From: an uncultured virus (IMG/VR IMGVR_UViG_3300034284_002793)
Taxonomy: Duplodnaviria > Heunggongvirae > Uroviricota > Caudoviricetes
IMG/VR virus record: IMGVR_UViG_3300034284_002793
Coordinates: 62,001 to 126,000 of that record
Length of the DNA: 64,000 nucleotides
Direction: 5' to 3' (one strand)
Position numbers and translations under genes: made by a program. Below are positions 8,866 to 19,000 of the stretch, one piece after another. Below the pieces are notes generated by a model. It did no database searches. It was not told where the DNA came from and saw only the letters and a list, made by a program, of their open reading frames with translations. The first letter of the stretch is position 1; every line of letters starts with the position of its first letter.

Positions 8866-11135
8866 GAAAATGTATTAGATGTATTGTTTCTTTTTGAAGA
8901 AGTTATTATCCTAAAAGATTTTGGACGTATAGGTATTTCTTTATATGAGTAAGAAACTCTAAGACCCCTGCTATCTAAAGATGCGCTTAAAGACTCTAAA
9001 CCAGGGACAATTGGCAGGAAAAAACCATCACATTCCGCAGACAGAGTAGATAGCCATTTTTGACCATTTCCACCAATAGCCGCAGGAACTTCAAAAGAAG
9101 TAGATGGTTCATTTTCATTTGGCGTCACATCGGTTACGATAACACTGTGCGATAGCCCATAATCGCTATTGACTGGACCAGAAAATCCCCAAGAATTTAT
9201 AGCCTGAGCATATCCAGTTTGATTAGATGAGGAATATTCGCTTTTTATGGTTCTAATCGCTTTAAAGCTAGCAAGTGATGGCATAACTACCTTTATTGAC
9301 TTTCCATTACAATCAATAGAGTAAGATTTTCCTCTGGCATGCTCTAATCCTGGAGATAATTCTGCTGAATTTTCGGAACCATTATTAATTACAACATCAC
9401 GATTTGCATTAATTAAATTTGGAACAATATCTGCGCATTCATCAACTATATCAGGCTTGTCTTGAGGCGGAACAGGATCAAGTATTGCATTTGGGTCCTC
9501 ATAATCATAAACTTCTGTTAAGTCATTTGGATTTTCAGATTCAGATGCTGAAGTAATAGTAATATTATATCTTGGTCGCTTTACAAATATAATAACCTTT
9601 CCATCTTCTTCTATTTGCTTTCTTAATCTTTCCCCAGAAGATACGTAACCCCCAGACTCTTCATTGTTAGTAGTCGGTGCAACTAAAGTAACTGGAGTGC
9701 CTTCTTGGGGGAGGCTTTTTTGGTCATAAATTTGACATATTAAATCATGAGAAACTGTTTTAATACAATCTTCAACTGCCTGAGCAAAATCTGCCGCCTC
9801 AACATCTCCAGAAACATGCTCGCTTACACTGCGCCAATAGCCCTTTCTAACAATATTATTTTGATCTTCAAATGTGCTATTGTATGGATTTTTGCCTCTC
9901 TGTGAAGGGGGTGGATTAAAAGAAGTTTGTATTTTTTTAAAATTAAACTCGTCTCCACCAGAGCCATTAAAATCGTAAGATTCATCATAAGGATAATACA
10001 ATTCTTGAGTATATTCCTTTGATTGAATATTATTATTCAAAGGATATGCCAAATAAAAATCACCATCTCCATCAATATTTAAATATTTAAATATTGCATC
10101 TCGAAAATTAGTATTTTTTGAATCAAAATTAAAGTTTGTTGATAAAAAATTTCTCCATTTTGGATCTGTAAGATTTAAAGACATTTCAATTTTAGATAAT
10201 ACATTATAGCCTAATTTTCTATAGTCTCCATTTGTTAATGCATTATAAACTGATAATGATGGGCAAACTTTTTCTAAAACTTCATTATCGGTTGGAAAAT
10301 TTGGGTGAAGAATTGGAGAAATTGAAACATGCTTATTATCTGTAATATTTAACGCAGCTTCTTGGGTTTGTTTAGTTGGCCATCTTTCAAAAAACCAAGA
10401 TGATTGAGAAGATACCCCATCTCTAGTCGCTCCATAATCAAGAGACAAAATCCCACAACCTCCTTGAGGAACATTAATTCTTATAGAGCCATTTTTTATA
10501 GCAACTATTTCATCTTTTCTCCAGTCCCACCACCATCCAATTCCCACATCTGAATAAATACCACCTAAAACACTTCTGTATGTTCCTTCATAAGAGCACC
10601 TTAAATTTTCAGAAATTTTAGGCGCACCAATTATAGCTAATGCTTGATTTGCATTATATGTGACATTGCTAGAGTCACATGGGTTTGATGACCACTCTTC
10701 CTGCCCCAAACCTCCAGCCGAATAGCCAGCCTGTCTTTGCACAACTATATTTAAATTTTTAACTCCAAAACTAAAACTAACTCTTCCCCTATCATAGCTC
10801 GCATTTACTGCTGGAACACTTACGGTTTTTGCTATATTAATTGGCCTTCCGCCAAGCCCTCTTCTAAATAAAACTATGCATTTTTGATCAAGAGTTATAG
10901 AATTATCTATATACTCATAAGTTGTTAAAAATTTTCCTTGTTCTTTATGCGTAGAATAAGAAATTAGCTGCCCAATAAATTCTATACCACCAATGCCGCC
11001 GATATTAGATCGATTAAATCCACGATCGCCCAATGTAGTAACTGATAATTTTGCTGGAGAATCGCTAACAGAAGCGCTTAAAGATAGCGAAACTATATCT
11101 TTATTTGCTCCAATACTTCTTATTTGAATAGCCAT
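8862..11135 (-). CDS. Putative tail-tip hub / central tail protein
   Basis: 757 aa, downstream of the tape measure; GIGWWWDW segment in a hub-like position. Confidence 0.5.
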   Translation of the reverse strand: MAIQIRSIGANKDIVSLSLSASVSDSPAKLSVTTLGDRGFNRSNIGGIGGIEFIGQLISYSTHKEQGKFLTTYEYIDNSITLDQKCIVLFRRGLGGRPINIAKTVSVPAVNASYDRGRVSFSFGVKNLNIVVQRQAGYSAGGLGQEEWSSNPCDSSNVTYNANQALAIIGAPKISENLRCSYEGTYRSVLGGIYSDVGIGWWWDWRKDEIVAIKNGSIRINVPQGGCGILSLDYGATRDGVSSQSSWFFERWPTKQTQEAALNITDNKHVSISPILHPNFPTDNEVLEKVCPSLSVYNALTNGDYRKLGYNVLSKIEMSLNLTDPKWRNFLSTNFNFDSKNTNFRDAIFKYLNIDGDGDFYLAYPLNNNIQSKEYTQELYYPYDESYDFNGSGGDEFNFKKIQTSFNPPPSQRGKNPYNSTFEDQNNIVRKGYWRSVSEHVSGDVEAADFAQAVEDCIKTVSHDLICQIYDQKSLPQEGTPVTLVAPTTNNEESGGYVSSGERLRKQIEEDGKVIIFVKRPRYNITITSASESENPNDLTEVYDYEDPNAILDPVPPQDKPDIVDECADIVPNLINANRDVVINNGSENSAELSPGLEHARGKSYSIDCNGKSIKVVMPSLASFKAIRTIKSEYSSSNQTGYAQAINSWGFSGPVNSDYGLSHSVIVTDVTPNENEPSTSFEVPAAIGGNGQKWLSTLSAECDGFFLPIVPGLESLSASLDSRGLRVSYSYKEIPIRPKSFRIITSSKRNNTSNTFS

Positions 11136-11146
11136 AAATTGAAAAA

Positions 11147-12931
11147 TTACAGATTATAAATGATTACACCAGTATTGTAGGTTATTATATCAATTTCATC
11201 GCTTTTTTCTACTTCTTGATAATCAAATCCAAGATAAAGCCTTTGCCCGTTTAGCCAAATCATGGATGTTTTTTTATTAAAATTAAATGGTACTAAAAAA
11301 TAAGAACCAGAAGTGTTTTTAATATTATAAGTACCAAAGCCTAATGTATTTTTTTGAACTGTTAATACATTATAGTTTCCACTTATATTTCTTAATATCG
11401 TATTGGTACCACTGTAATCAATTCCAGAATTTAAAAGTTGACCATTTAAAAAAACAAATGAATTATTAAAATTTAAACTTGATATATTATTGCCACTATT
11501 TATCTGCCCAGTCATTAACAGTTCAGATTTTGGCCAAAAATCAATAAGTGAATTATTTTGATTTATAAAACCATAATTTGAATTACTAAATATTTTATTT
11601 CCAGAAATAAAGTAATCTTCTGATGGTAAATAGTTAATATTTCCACTTTGAATAAGCTCATCATATCCAGAAGATCTCGTTTGCAATTGCCCATTATAGT
11701 ATAATCCAGAAAAATCTTCGCCTATAATGCTATCATATCCATAAGAATTATCTGCATTAATATAATAAAGATTTGTGAAGTTTATTCCCGCATCAATTCC
11801 AGAATATCCATATATTGATAAAATATCATTAGGATCGATATTAAATGATAAAGATATAGCATTTTGATAATTATAAATATATTCTGGCCGAGATACAAAT
11901 GCGGAATTATTAGTAATTGAATATTCGATATAATAACCAGAATCATATTCAAATACATTTGTTCCAGTAAATACACTTGAGCAAAGTGAAAATAAATTTT
12001 GTCCACTAGAATATCCTAAAAAATAACCAGTAAAAACTTTTTGAGCGAATTGATTGAAAATCTCATTATTAAAATCTAAAAATGATTCGTGTGTTGCAAA
12101 ATATTCTCCACTACCAGTACTTAATACAATCTCATTCAGCACGCCACTTGATTGAGCAGAGCACTGTGTTATTTTTATAATATCGCCATTTAATATGCCA
12201 GTTTGTCCAGAGATAGCGCCAGTAATAGTATTTGAATTAATAGATGAAATAATGCCACTAACAAATTCATTTTCAAATATGGAAGAGCTTAAATAATCTG
12301 AATTGTAAATAAATATTTCAGCAACTTCAGCAGATAAAAATCTTCCAGATGGCAAGCTTTGACTTCCTCCAATATAATAATTATTTGATTTTTTAAAATT
12401 TTCATCAAGTGGAGCAAATATTTTTTGAAACGAATTAGATTCTGCATCAAATAAGCCCATTGAAATAGAATTCGATCCATTAATAGAAAAGCTTACAATT
12501 CCAGTTTTATTTGCTTTTAAGCTGTGGCATACAGTAATAGGCCCATAAATTTTATGAGCGTATTCAAAATATGGATAGCCAGCATAGTTTATTCCAAAAT
12601 TGATTCCGGAATCATAATTATAATTTGCAAAAAAAACATTGTCAGATTTTGCATTCCCTAATTTATACGCAAAAATAAAAGATAAAGAATCTCCACTAAA
12701 ATAATTTAATTTGGCATAGCTTTGGCCATCAAAACTTGCAAATCCAGATTTCGTCCAAAAATTTCCAGAATTTACCAGCTGTAATTGTTCAGCGCGACTT
12801 GTCCAGCTTTCGCTTGGAATATTAATTAGCCCAGATATTCCAGTATTAGAAAAATCAAAATAACCAACTATCTGCTCCGTAGATAGATTTTCATTTTTAT
12901 CAAAAAAATATTTCATTGAATTTGCTGGCAT
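11147..12931 (-). CDS. Tail protein with LamG/ConA-like N-terminal domain
   Basis: YFDF...FDGQSY...YIGG...AEIFIYN pattern and three (Y/F/W)xNGQ repeats; start uncertain (12931 or 12946). Confidence 0.6.
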   Translation of the reverse strand: MPANSMKYFFDKNENLSTEQIVGYFDFSNTGISGLINIPSESWTSRAEQLQLVNSGNFWTKSGFASFDGQSYAKLNYFSGDSLSFIFAYKLGNAKSDNVFFANYNYDSGINFGINYAGYPYFEYAHKIYGPITVCHSLKANKTGIVSFSINGSNSISMGLFDAESNSFQKIFAPLDENFKKSNNYYIGGSQSLPSGRFLSAEVAEIFIYNSDYLSSSIFENEFVSGIISSINSNTITGAISGQTGILNGDIIKITQCSAQSSGVLNEIVLSTGSGEYFATHESFLDFNNEIFNQFAQKVFTGYFLGYSSGQNLFSLCSSVFTGTNVFEYDSGYYIEYSITNNSAFVSRPEYIYNYQNAISLSFNIDPNDILSIYGYSGIDAGINFTNLYYINADNSYGYDSIIGEDFSGLYYNGQLQTRSSGYDELIQSGNINYLPSEDYFISGNKIFSNSNYGFINQNNSLIDFWPKSELLMTGQINSGNNISSLNFNNSFVFLNGQLLNSGIDYSGTNTILRNISGNYNVLTVQKNTLGFGTYNIKNTSGSYFLVPFNFNKKTSMIWLNGQRLYLGFDYQEVEKSDEIDIITYNTGVIIYNL

Positions 12932-14463
12932 TAGTTTTCCTCCCAAGTAATTTGAAATGATATTCTCCCATCAGAAGTTTCATTTGTGAATGTTTTAGTT
13001 TTTATAATTGTCATCGCGTATCTGTTAGCAATTGATTCTATATATGCTTTGGCTTTAGCAGAATTTCCAACCTCTACTTCCATTTGACCGTCAAACGATA
13101 CAGTGGTTTTAGATCTATGCGTGCCATAAGCTGCCCAATCACTACAAAGTGGTTGTACAAATTCATATTGCTGCAATCCATATGTTTTAGTGACTGTATA
13201 GGAAATATTTTTTATGTAACAAGGCAAAGATGCATTTATTGGATTTATATCCCAAGATATTGAATAAGATAATGACCCATCTATCTGATTTTCAGATAGC
13301 GATTCTGAGCTTTGCTTGAAATGAGTAACATTAAAATCATTATTTAACCCAGTAATATTCTTACGAAATTCTTGCATTGGATTAAAAGAATTTTGGAAAA
13401 AGTTATTTACTTGCGCAAGTCTTTCTGTTGGATTTCCAACCCTACATCTTATATTAGAATTTAAAGATGCAGAATTTTCCGAATCACCTCCATAACCAAT
13501 ATTATAAGTAGCTGTCGAATCTATATATATAATTGGACTATTATCATTATTGAATGTAACTGAAAATGAAATTTGCTTATTTGATAAATCTTCATCTACG
13601 CCAGAGTTTACATAAATACTATTTAGATCTCCAGAATTTGTACATCCGCTATAAATATCAAAAGTTAAATTCCACAAGTTCAGACTTTTATACCTATTTC
13701 TTATCAAATCCATTGATCCACTTATGCCAGCATTTAATGTTCCATTGATTGTTGCTGTGGAAAAATTAAATTTATCATACCCAATATCAACAGAATATCT
13801 TAATAATCCATTTCCCGTTTGTGACTGATCAATCGTATAATTTTCAATCCATTGACAGTTGCCATTCATTCTATCCATTGTTTCGGATATAGAATTTAAT
13901 ATTGGAAAAGATTGTTGATTTATTTTTATAAAAGCTGTGCTTGGAATATTTTTTAGTCCAGTTCTGGAGTAAACAAAATTTGTAGCATTTTTAATTGCTG
14001 GCAAGTTTGAATTAATACCAACAGCAGAAACCCTATGTGTAAGAGATAGCGTTCCGTCATTATTTTCAACAAATTCAAAAGAATCTTCCGGCTCTTTAAC
14101 AAAAAATTGCCCACTAAAAATATCAGAATCAAATGCTTCAATTTCTACTGTATAAGGCAAAATAAAAGCATAGTTTGACTCATCAAAGTTTACACCCCTA
14201 ATTAAAGCATAATCTGATTTAAAAATATCAGAACCATTTTCCTTAATCTGAAATCTTTTAAAATTTTGTGAAAAATTATTTATTAATGCATTTTGCTTTC
14301 CAACCATTCCAGAATAATCAGTCCCGCACCCAACTATTTCACCTACAAGAGAAAATGATTTGTTTGAGCCCCACCACCCATCAAATTCTTGAGAATATGA
14401 AACAAATGGCGTATATGAAACCCCACTAAAAGCATTTTTATTATTATACCAAATTTCGTTCAT
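12931..14463 (-). CDS. Tail-tip / distal-tail-like protein
   Basis: Post-TMP position; similar size and pattern to the adjacent 518-aa gene. Confidence 0.55.
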   Translation of the reverse strand: MNEIWYNNKNAFSGVSYTPFVSYSQEFDGWWGSNKSFSLVGEIVGCGTDYSGMVGKQNALINNFSQNFKRFQIKENGSDIFKSDYALIRGVNFDESNYAFILPYTVEIEAFDSDIFSGQFFVKEPEDSFEFVENNDGTLSLTHRVSAVGINSNLPAIKNATNFVYSRTGLKNIPSTAFIKINQQSFPILNSISETMDRMNGNCQWIENYTIDQSQTGNGLLRYSVDIGYDKFNFSTATINGTLNAGISGSMDLIRNRYKSLNLWNLTFDIYSGCTNSGDLNSIYVNSGVDEDLSNKQISFSVTFNNDNSPIIYIDSTATYNIGYGGDSENSASLNSNIRCRVGNPTERLAQVNNFFQNSFNPMQEFRKNITGLNNDFNVTHFKQSSESLSENQIDGSLSYSISWDINPINASLPCYIKNISYTVTKTYGLQQYEFVQPLCSDWAAYGTHRSKTTVSFDGQMEVEVGNSAKAKAYIESIANRYAMTIIKTKTFTNETSDGRISFQITWEEN

Positions 14464-14464
14464 A

Positions 14465-16021
14465 TTATGCTATAGTCGTTACATTATAAGTTGCACTTCT
14501 GTCCATCGGACTTATAGATAAAGACTCATCTTGTTTTATTGCTGATGTTGAAATCCTCATATCCTCTGGAAACGAAACCAAATTTACATTTTTTCCATAT
14601 TTTCTATTTTTATTTATAGTTACTTCATAAAATGTTTTTTGATCATGCTGCTGCCTAACAATGCTATTATTTATATAATAATCAGTATAAATATTTACAG
14701 GATATTTTTCAGAAATTGACTCCTTCTCCTCTTCTATTCCGTTTGGATTATTATTTATAGTCTTGTTTGTATAAGATACGCTATACTGAACTGTTCCATT
14801 GTACTTGCTAGAAGTAAATGTTTCATTGCTTTTATTTAATATGCCGCTAGAACTACAGCGGTTTGTATTTATTGATAAAAATCTAGAATATAAACTATTT
14901 ATTTTTGACAATAATAATGATTCTTTTTGATTGTAGCCATAAATAGCATTATTATATTTTCTATCTGTATTTGGCACGCCATCACCTTGAATAGACAGAT
15001 TAGCTGTGCAGTTAATTAGGTAAGTATCGCCAAGATCGACAGATGTTTCAATAGACCAATCATACCTATTCTCTATAAATGGATTATCCGTATAGACTGT
15101 TTCTAATTCAATTGTACCATTAAATCTATCTACGTTATATCCTTGGGTTATTGGAAAATTATTAAGAGATCCAGTCACATAATTAACATAAAAATTCTGT
15201 GATCTTTGATAACAGTTAGGCTTTAATTCTGCTAGTTTATTTTTAACGGTTGTAAATTTAGGATCTTGATTGGCCTGTATCTGAACAGATTCAGTAACTT
15301 CAGTAATTCCATTTTCATCTCTACGAAGTGAATATGAAAAATCAGCGTTTGATGAATCTCCGCTTATGTTTTTATCTAACCTTTCTGTAAAAGAAAAAAT
15401 TTTATTTATTACATCAAAGCTTTCTTCGTAATATTTTTTTCCAGATAAAAAATTAGCATTCCCACTTATAAGATTAAATGGCACTTCTTTTCCAATAATT
15501 CCAGACGCAATATTTTTTGCTAATAAATCCGCGCTACCATACGCAAGCGCATTTTCAAAACTAAAACTCACACTATGTTCATAGCTATAATTATTGCTTG
15601 AATCAAGATCTAAAGAAAAATTTTCCGAAAAATCATTCATTAAATGAAGGGATAATCCTGTAAAATTTTGGAGACCAGTAAAATAATTACCAGTCATATT
15701 ATATAAATTACCCGTAGATAAAATTAAAATATCAGCCGTATATTCACCACGCCTTACCCAGTTTCCTTCATCTACATTAATATTTCTTATATATCCAGAT
15801 CCAAAATTTATCCCATTTAAAACAATATCATCGCTAACTTTTGCCAAATTTATAAGGGCATATATTCCACTTGATACCCCACTTACACCACTTGTGTTGT
15901 AAAAATCTGCAATTGTTCCACGTACAGTAAGATTTTTTTCAATACTATAAACAAAATTATCTCCTAAAAATTTAGGAGAATGTGAGTATGATAGTAATGC
16001 TGCATTATTAAAAGTTATCAT
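14465..16021 (-). CDS. Tail-tip / distal-tail-like protein
   Basis: Immediately downstream of the TMP; beta-rich. Confidence 0.55.
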   Translation of the reverse strand: MITFNNAALLSYSHSPKFLGDNFVYSIEKNLTVRGTIADFYNTSGVSGVSSGIYALINLAKVSDDIVLNGINFGSGYIRNINVDEGNWVRRGEYTADILILSTGNLYNMTGNYFTGLQNFTGLSLHLMNDFSENFSLDLDSSNNYSYEHSVSFSFENALAYGSADLLAKNIASGIIGKEVPFNLISGNANFLSGKKYYEESFDVINKIFSFTERLDKNISGDSSNADFSYSLRRDENGITEVTESVQIQANQDPKFTTVKNKLAELKPNCYQRSQNFYVNYVTGSLNNFPITQGYNVDRFNGTIELETVYTDNPFIENRYDWSIETSVDLGDTYLINCTANLSIQGDGVPNTDRKYNNAIYGYNQKESLLLSKINSLYSRFLSINTNRCSSSGILNKSNETFTSSKYNGTVQYSVSYTNKTINNNPNGIEEEKESISEKYPVNIYTDYYINNSIVRQQHDQKTFYEVTINKNRKYGKNVNLVSFPEDMRISTSAIKQDESLSISPMDRSATYNVTTIA

Positions 16022-19000
16022 TACTTAAGATTATTTTGCGCTTTTAATTGTTGCATTTTCGCACTGAATTCATCTAATATTCTTTGTTTTTCTGCTGTTA
16101 ACTTAAGATCTAAATCCTCTCGTGTTAAACCGCCCAAAGTAAAAGATACTGGGCCAGGATTTATATTTATAGACGGGACAACTGAAGGGGAATCAGTCAA
16201 GCTTATTGGTTTTTCAAAATTAGATGGCTGCGGCTTATCTTTGCCAGACTTTTCTGCAGTAGTTGTGAAATATTCCAACATAGCTTGTACTGAACTTTCT
16301 ATTAATTTGAAATTTGCAGCAGCTTGTTCTGCTGAAGTTGTAAGATCAAAAGCCATAGCGTTAACAATTGTTTCATATGCCTTAAAAGCTTCGCTTCGAT
16401 CAGCAAATCCGCCAAGTTGCTGAAGTGCCTTTATAGCAGCCTCAACCTCTTTCGACGAACCTTCAAACTTGCCACCTTCCGGTAAAAATCTATTTTTTAA
16501 ATAATCAATACCTAATTTGCTTGTGCCAGTAGCCTCCCCAACAGCCTGTTGGTTTAACATTCTTGCCCTGTTTTGATAATCTACTGGAAGCCCAAGATCA
16601 AAAGCCCTTTGCGCTGCGTTATTACCAGCCTGCCTCCTCACATTCATTACATCTGATCCAAATCTTGTAAATATCTCTTCTGGAGTGGCGCCCAAAGACA
16701 AAGCCTCTTTTATTCTTTCTTGTGATCTTCTGGCAACAAACTCATTTTGTCCAATTTCACCACCAAAAAAATCACTCTCTAATTGGCTAATCGCAGATTT
16801 GTTTTTATTATAGCTTAATAAGCTATCTATATCTTGAGACAGTTGCTGCGCTATTTTTTTAGAAGCATCCTTTATTGCTCCAGCCGCAAGGCTTCTAGTT
16901 TTTTCTGCTTGGCCTTTGATATTTATACCAACTTCATCGAAAACTTCTCCATATAATTCTGATAAAACCTTTTTAAAACCAGAAGATTCTTCTATAGCTC
17001 TTGGGTCAATGTTTAATGTATCACTTATTAATTTTCCAAAATCTTTTTGTATTTGTTCTTTTCCGCCCAATTCTTTTAATCTAGTTTCTAAATCTGAATC
17101 TGTTAAGCCTTGAGTTATACCTGCATTTATTTGTTTTTTAAAAGCATCTCTAATATCTTTTGTCATTTCTCCAGAATATGTTTCTATTGGTGGCTGCTTG
17201 CCTACCAGCATGCCTGGGGCATTTGGGCCAGAGCCAGATCTTCCAACAAACTCAAAAGCCCTTGCTATTATAGATCTTCTTTGTGTATTCAATAACTGCT
17301 CAACTGATACATCCGCTTGATTCCTGGCTGTTTGTTCTGCTTGTTTTTGTGTAATTTGACCAGAAACTTCCGTTAATCCTTGCATTCCGCGCTCTTTAAT
17401 TGCATTTGTAAATTTTTTAGCAGTTTCAGGATCAAAACTATTTAAATAATTTATATAATTTTGCTCTGCTTTTCTAAGCTCTGACTGTGGAGCATTTTCT
17501 TCTAATAATCTAGTATATGTTTCGTAAGATGTTGCTAGCCCTTGAGTTTTTTCGTTAACCTTGGCCAATTCTTCGGTAGATTTTTCTGCTTTAGCCTGCA
17601 ATTCTGGAAGATTTGTGTTTAATTGTTTTAATATATCTGTTAATCCTATTAGCCCGCCAGTAACCGCACCAAGTGCCGCGCCGACTGCCGCTCCCTTTGG
17701 TCCAAATGCCATGCCAACCATTCCGCCAGTTCCAGCAAAAGATGCAATTTGGCCAGCGCCACTTACTGCAGATGCCCCAACCCTTCCGCCTTGTGTATTT
17801 TGCGGTATTGCGTTTGCAATTGTTTCTGCAATGATTGGCGCAGCAAATGCCGTTCCAATACCTGGTCTAAAGCCTTTTGCTGATGATATTCCCCGTTGAA
17901 GAATGCCTGCACCTGACCTTCTAGCTGCACGTTGAGCTTGCGCCCTTTGCTCAATATCAAGCATGGCAGCATTATATCCAGACGATCCTCTTTGTAGTGG
18001 GCCAGGCCCCATAGTTGACATTTTTTGAAGATTTGCTTTTTGTTGGGATATAGATTTCCTTTCAAGCTCAGCCCTTTGCTTATACGTTTCCTTTAATTCA
18101 TTTACATCTTTTTTTCCTAATTGAGAAATACTAGCAAACAATGCGATTTGCGCGGCAACTGCCCCAATAGATTTAGCAAAATCTGAAATACCGCCTTGGG
18201 CTTCACCTTCACTACCAACTGCAAAATTTGGAGTAAATCCGGTAGCATACATCCCCATACCTTTGCGCTCGCGCCCAATTGCATCTTTTAATCCATTAGG
18301 TTCGTCACGCGTGTTTGTTACTGCAACTGGATTTCCACTCTTATCAAAGTGCGCGCGAATTTGTGAAACTGGAACTCCACGATTTGTAGATGAAAAATTT
18401 GGTATAAAACCAGAAGCTTTTGATCTTGATAATTGTCCAGGTTTAATTTTTAATTTATTACTGATAAAAGCTTTTCTAGCAACATCATTTATTAAATTTT
18501 GTTGATTCCCAATTTTTGCTTCGTAGTCTCCAGGAATATTATTAAATAATTTTCTTAATTTGTCATTTGGGTTAACAAAGTCAATAATAGCACTTGATCC
18601 ACCAGACCTTCCGGCCTGTGTAACAGCAGAATCTGTAGCCTGCGTCACGGCACTTTCAAATATATTACCAGCAATACTTCTAAAAGATCCATAATTTGCA
18701 AGCTGTTGTACTGATTTTATTCTAGCATTTGGAGAATAATTGCCGAAAATGCTTATAAATCGATTTGTAAAATCAATAACTTGATCTCCTAATAATTTTT
18801 CTAACTGAGCATCTTCTGGTTTAACTTTGGCATTGTAACCACTTGATTTAAATCCTACTTTATAAGTTTTTCCATTTGGTGTTTTTTTATCTGTAATAAG
18901 GCCCTTTTGATCTGTATTGAAAAATCCTGTCTCATCTTTTATCCCAGCTTTTTCGCCATATATTAAACTTAAAGTACTAGTTTTGCCAAGATCAATAGTA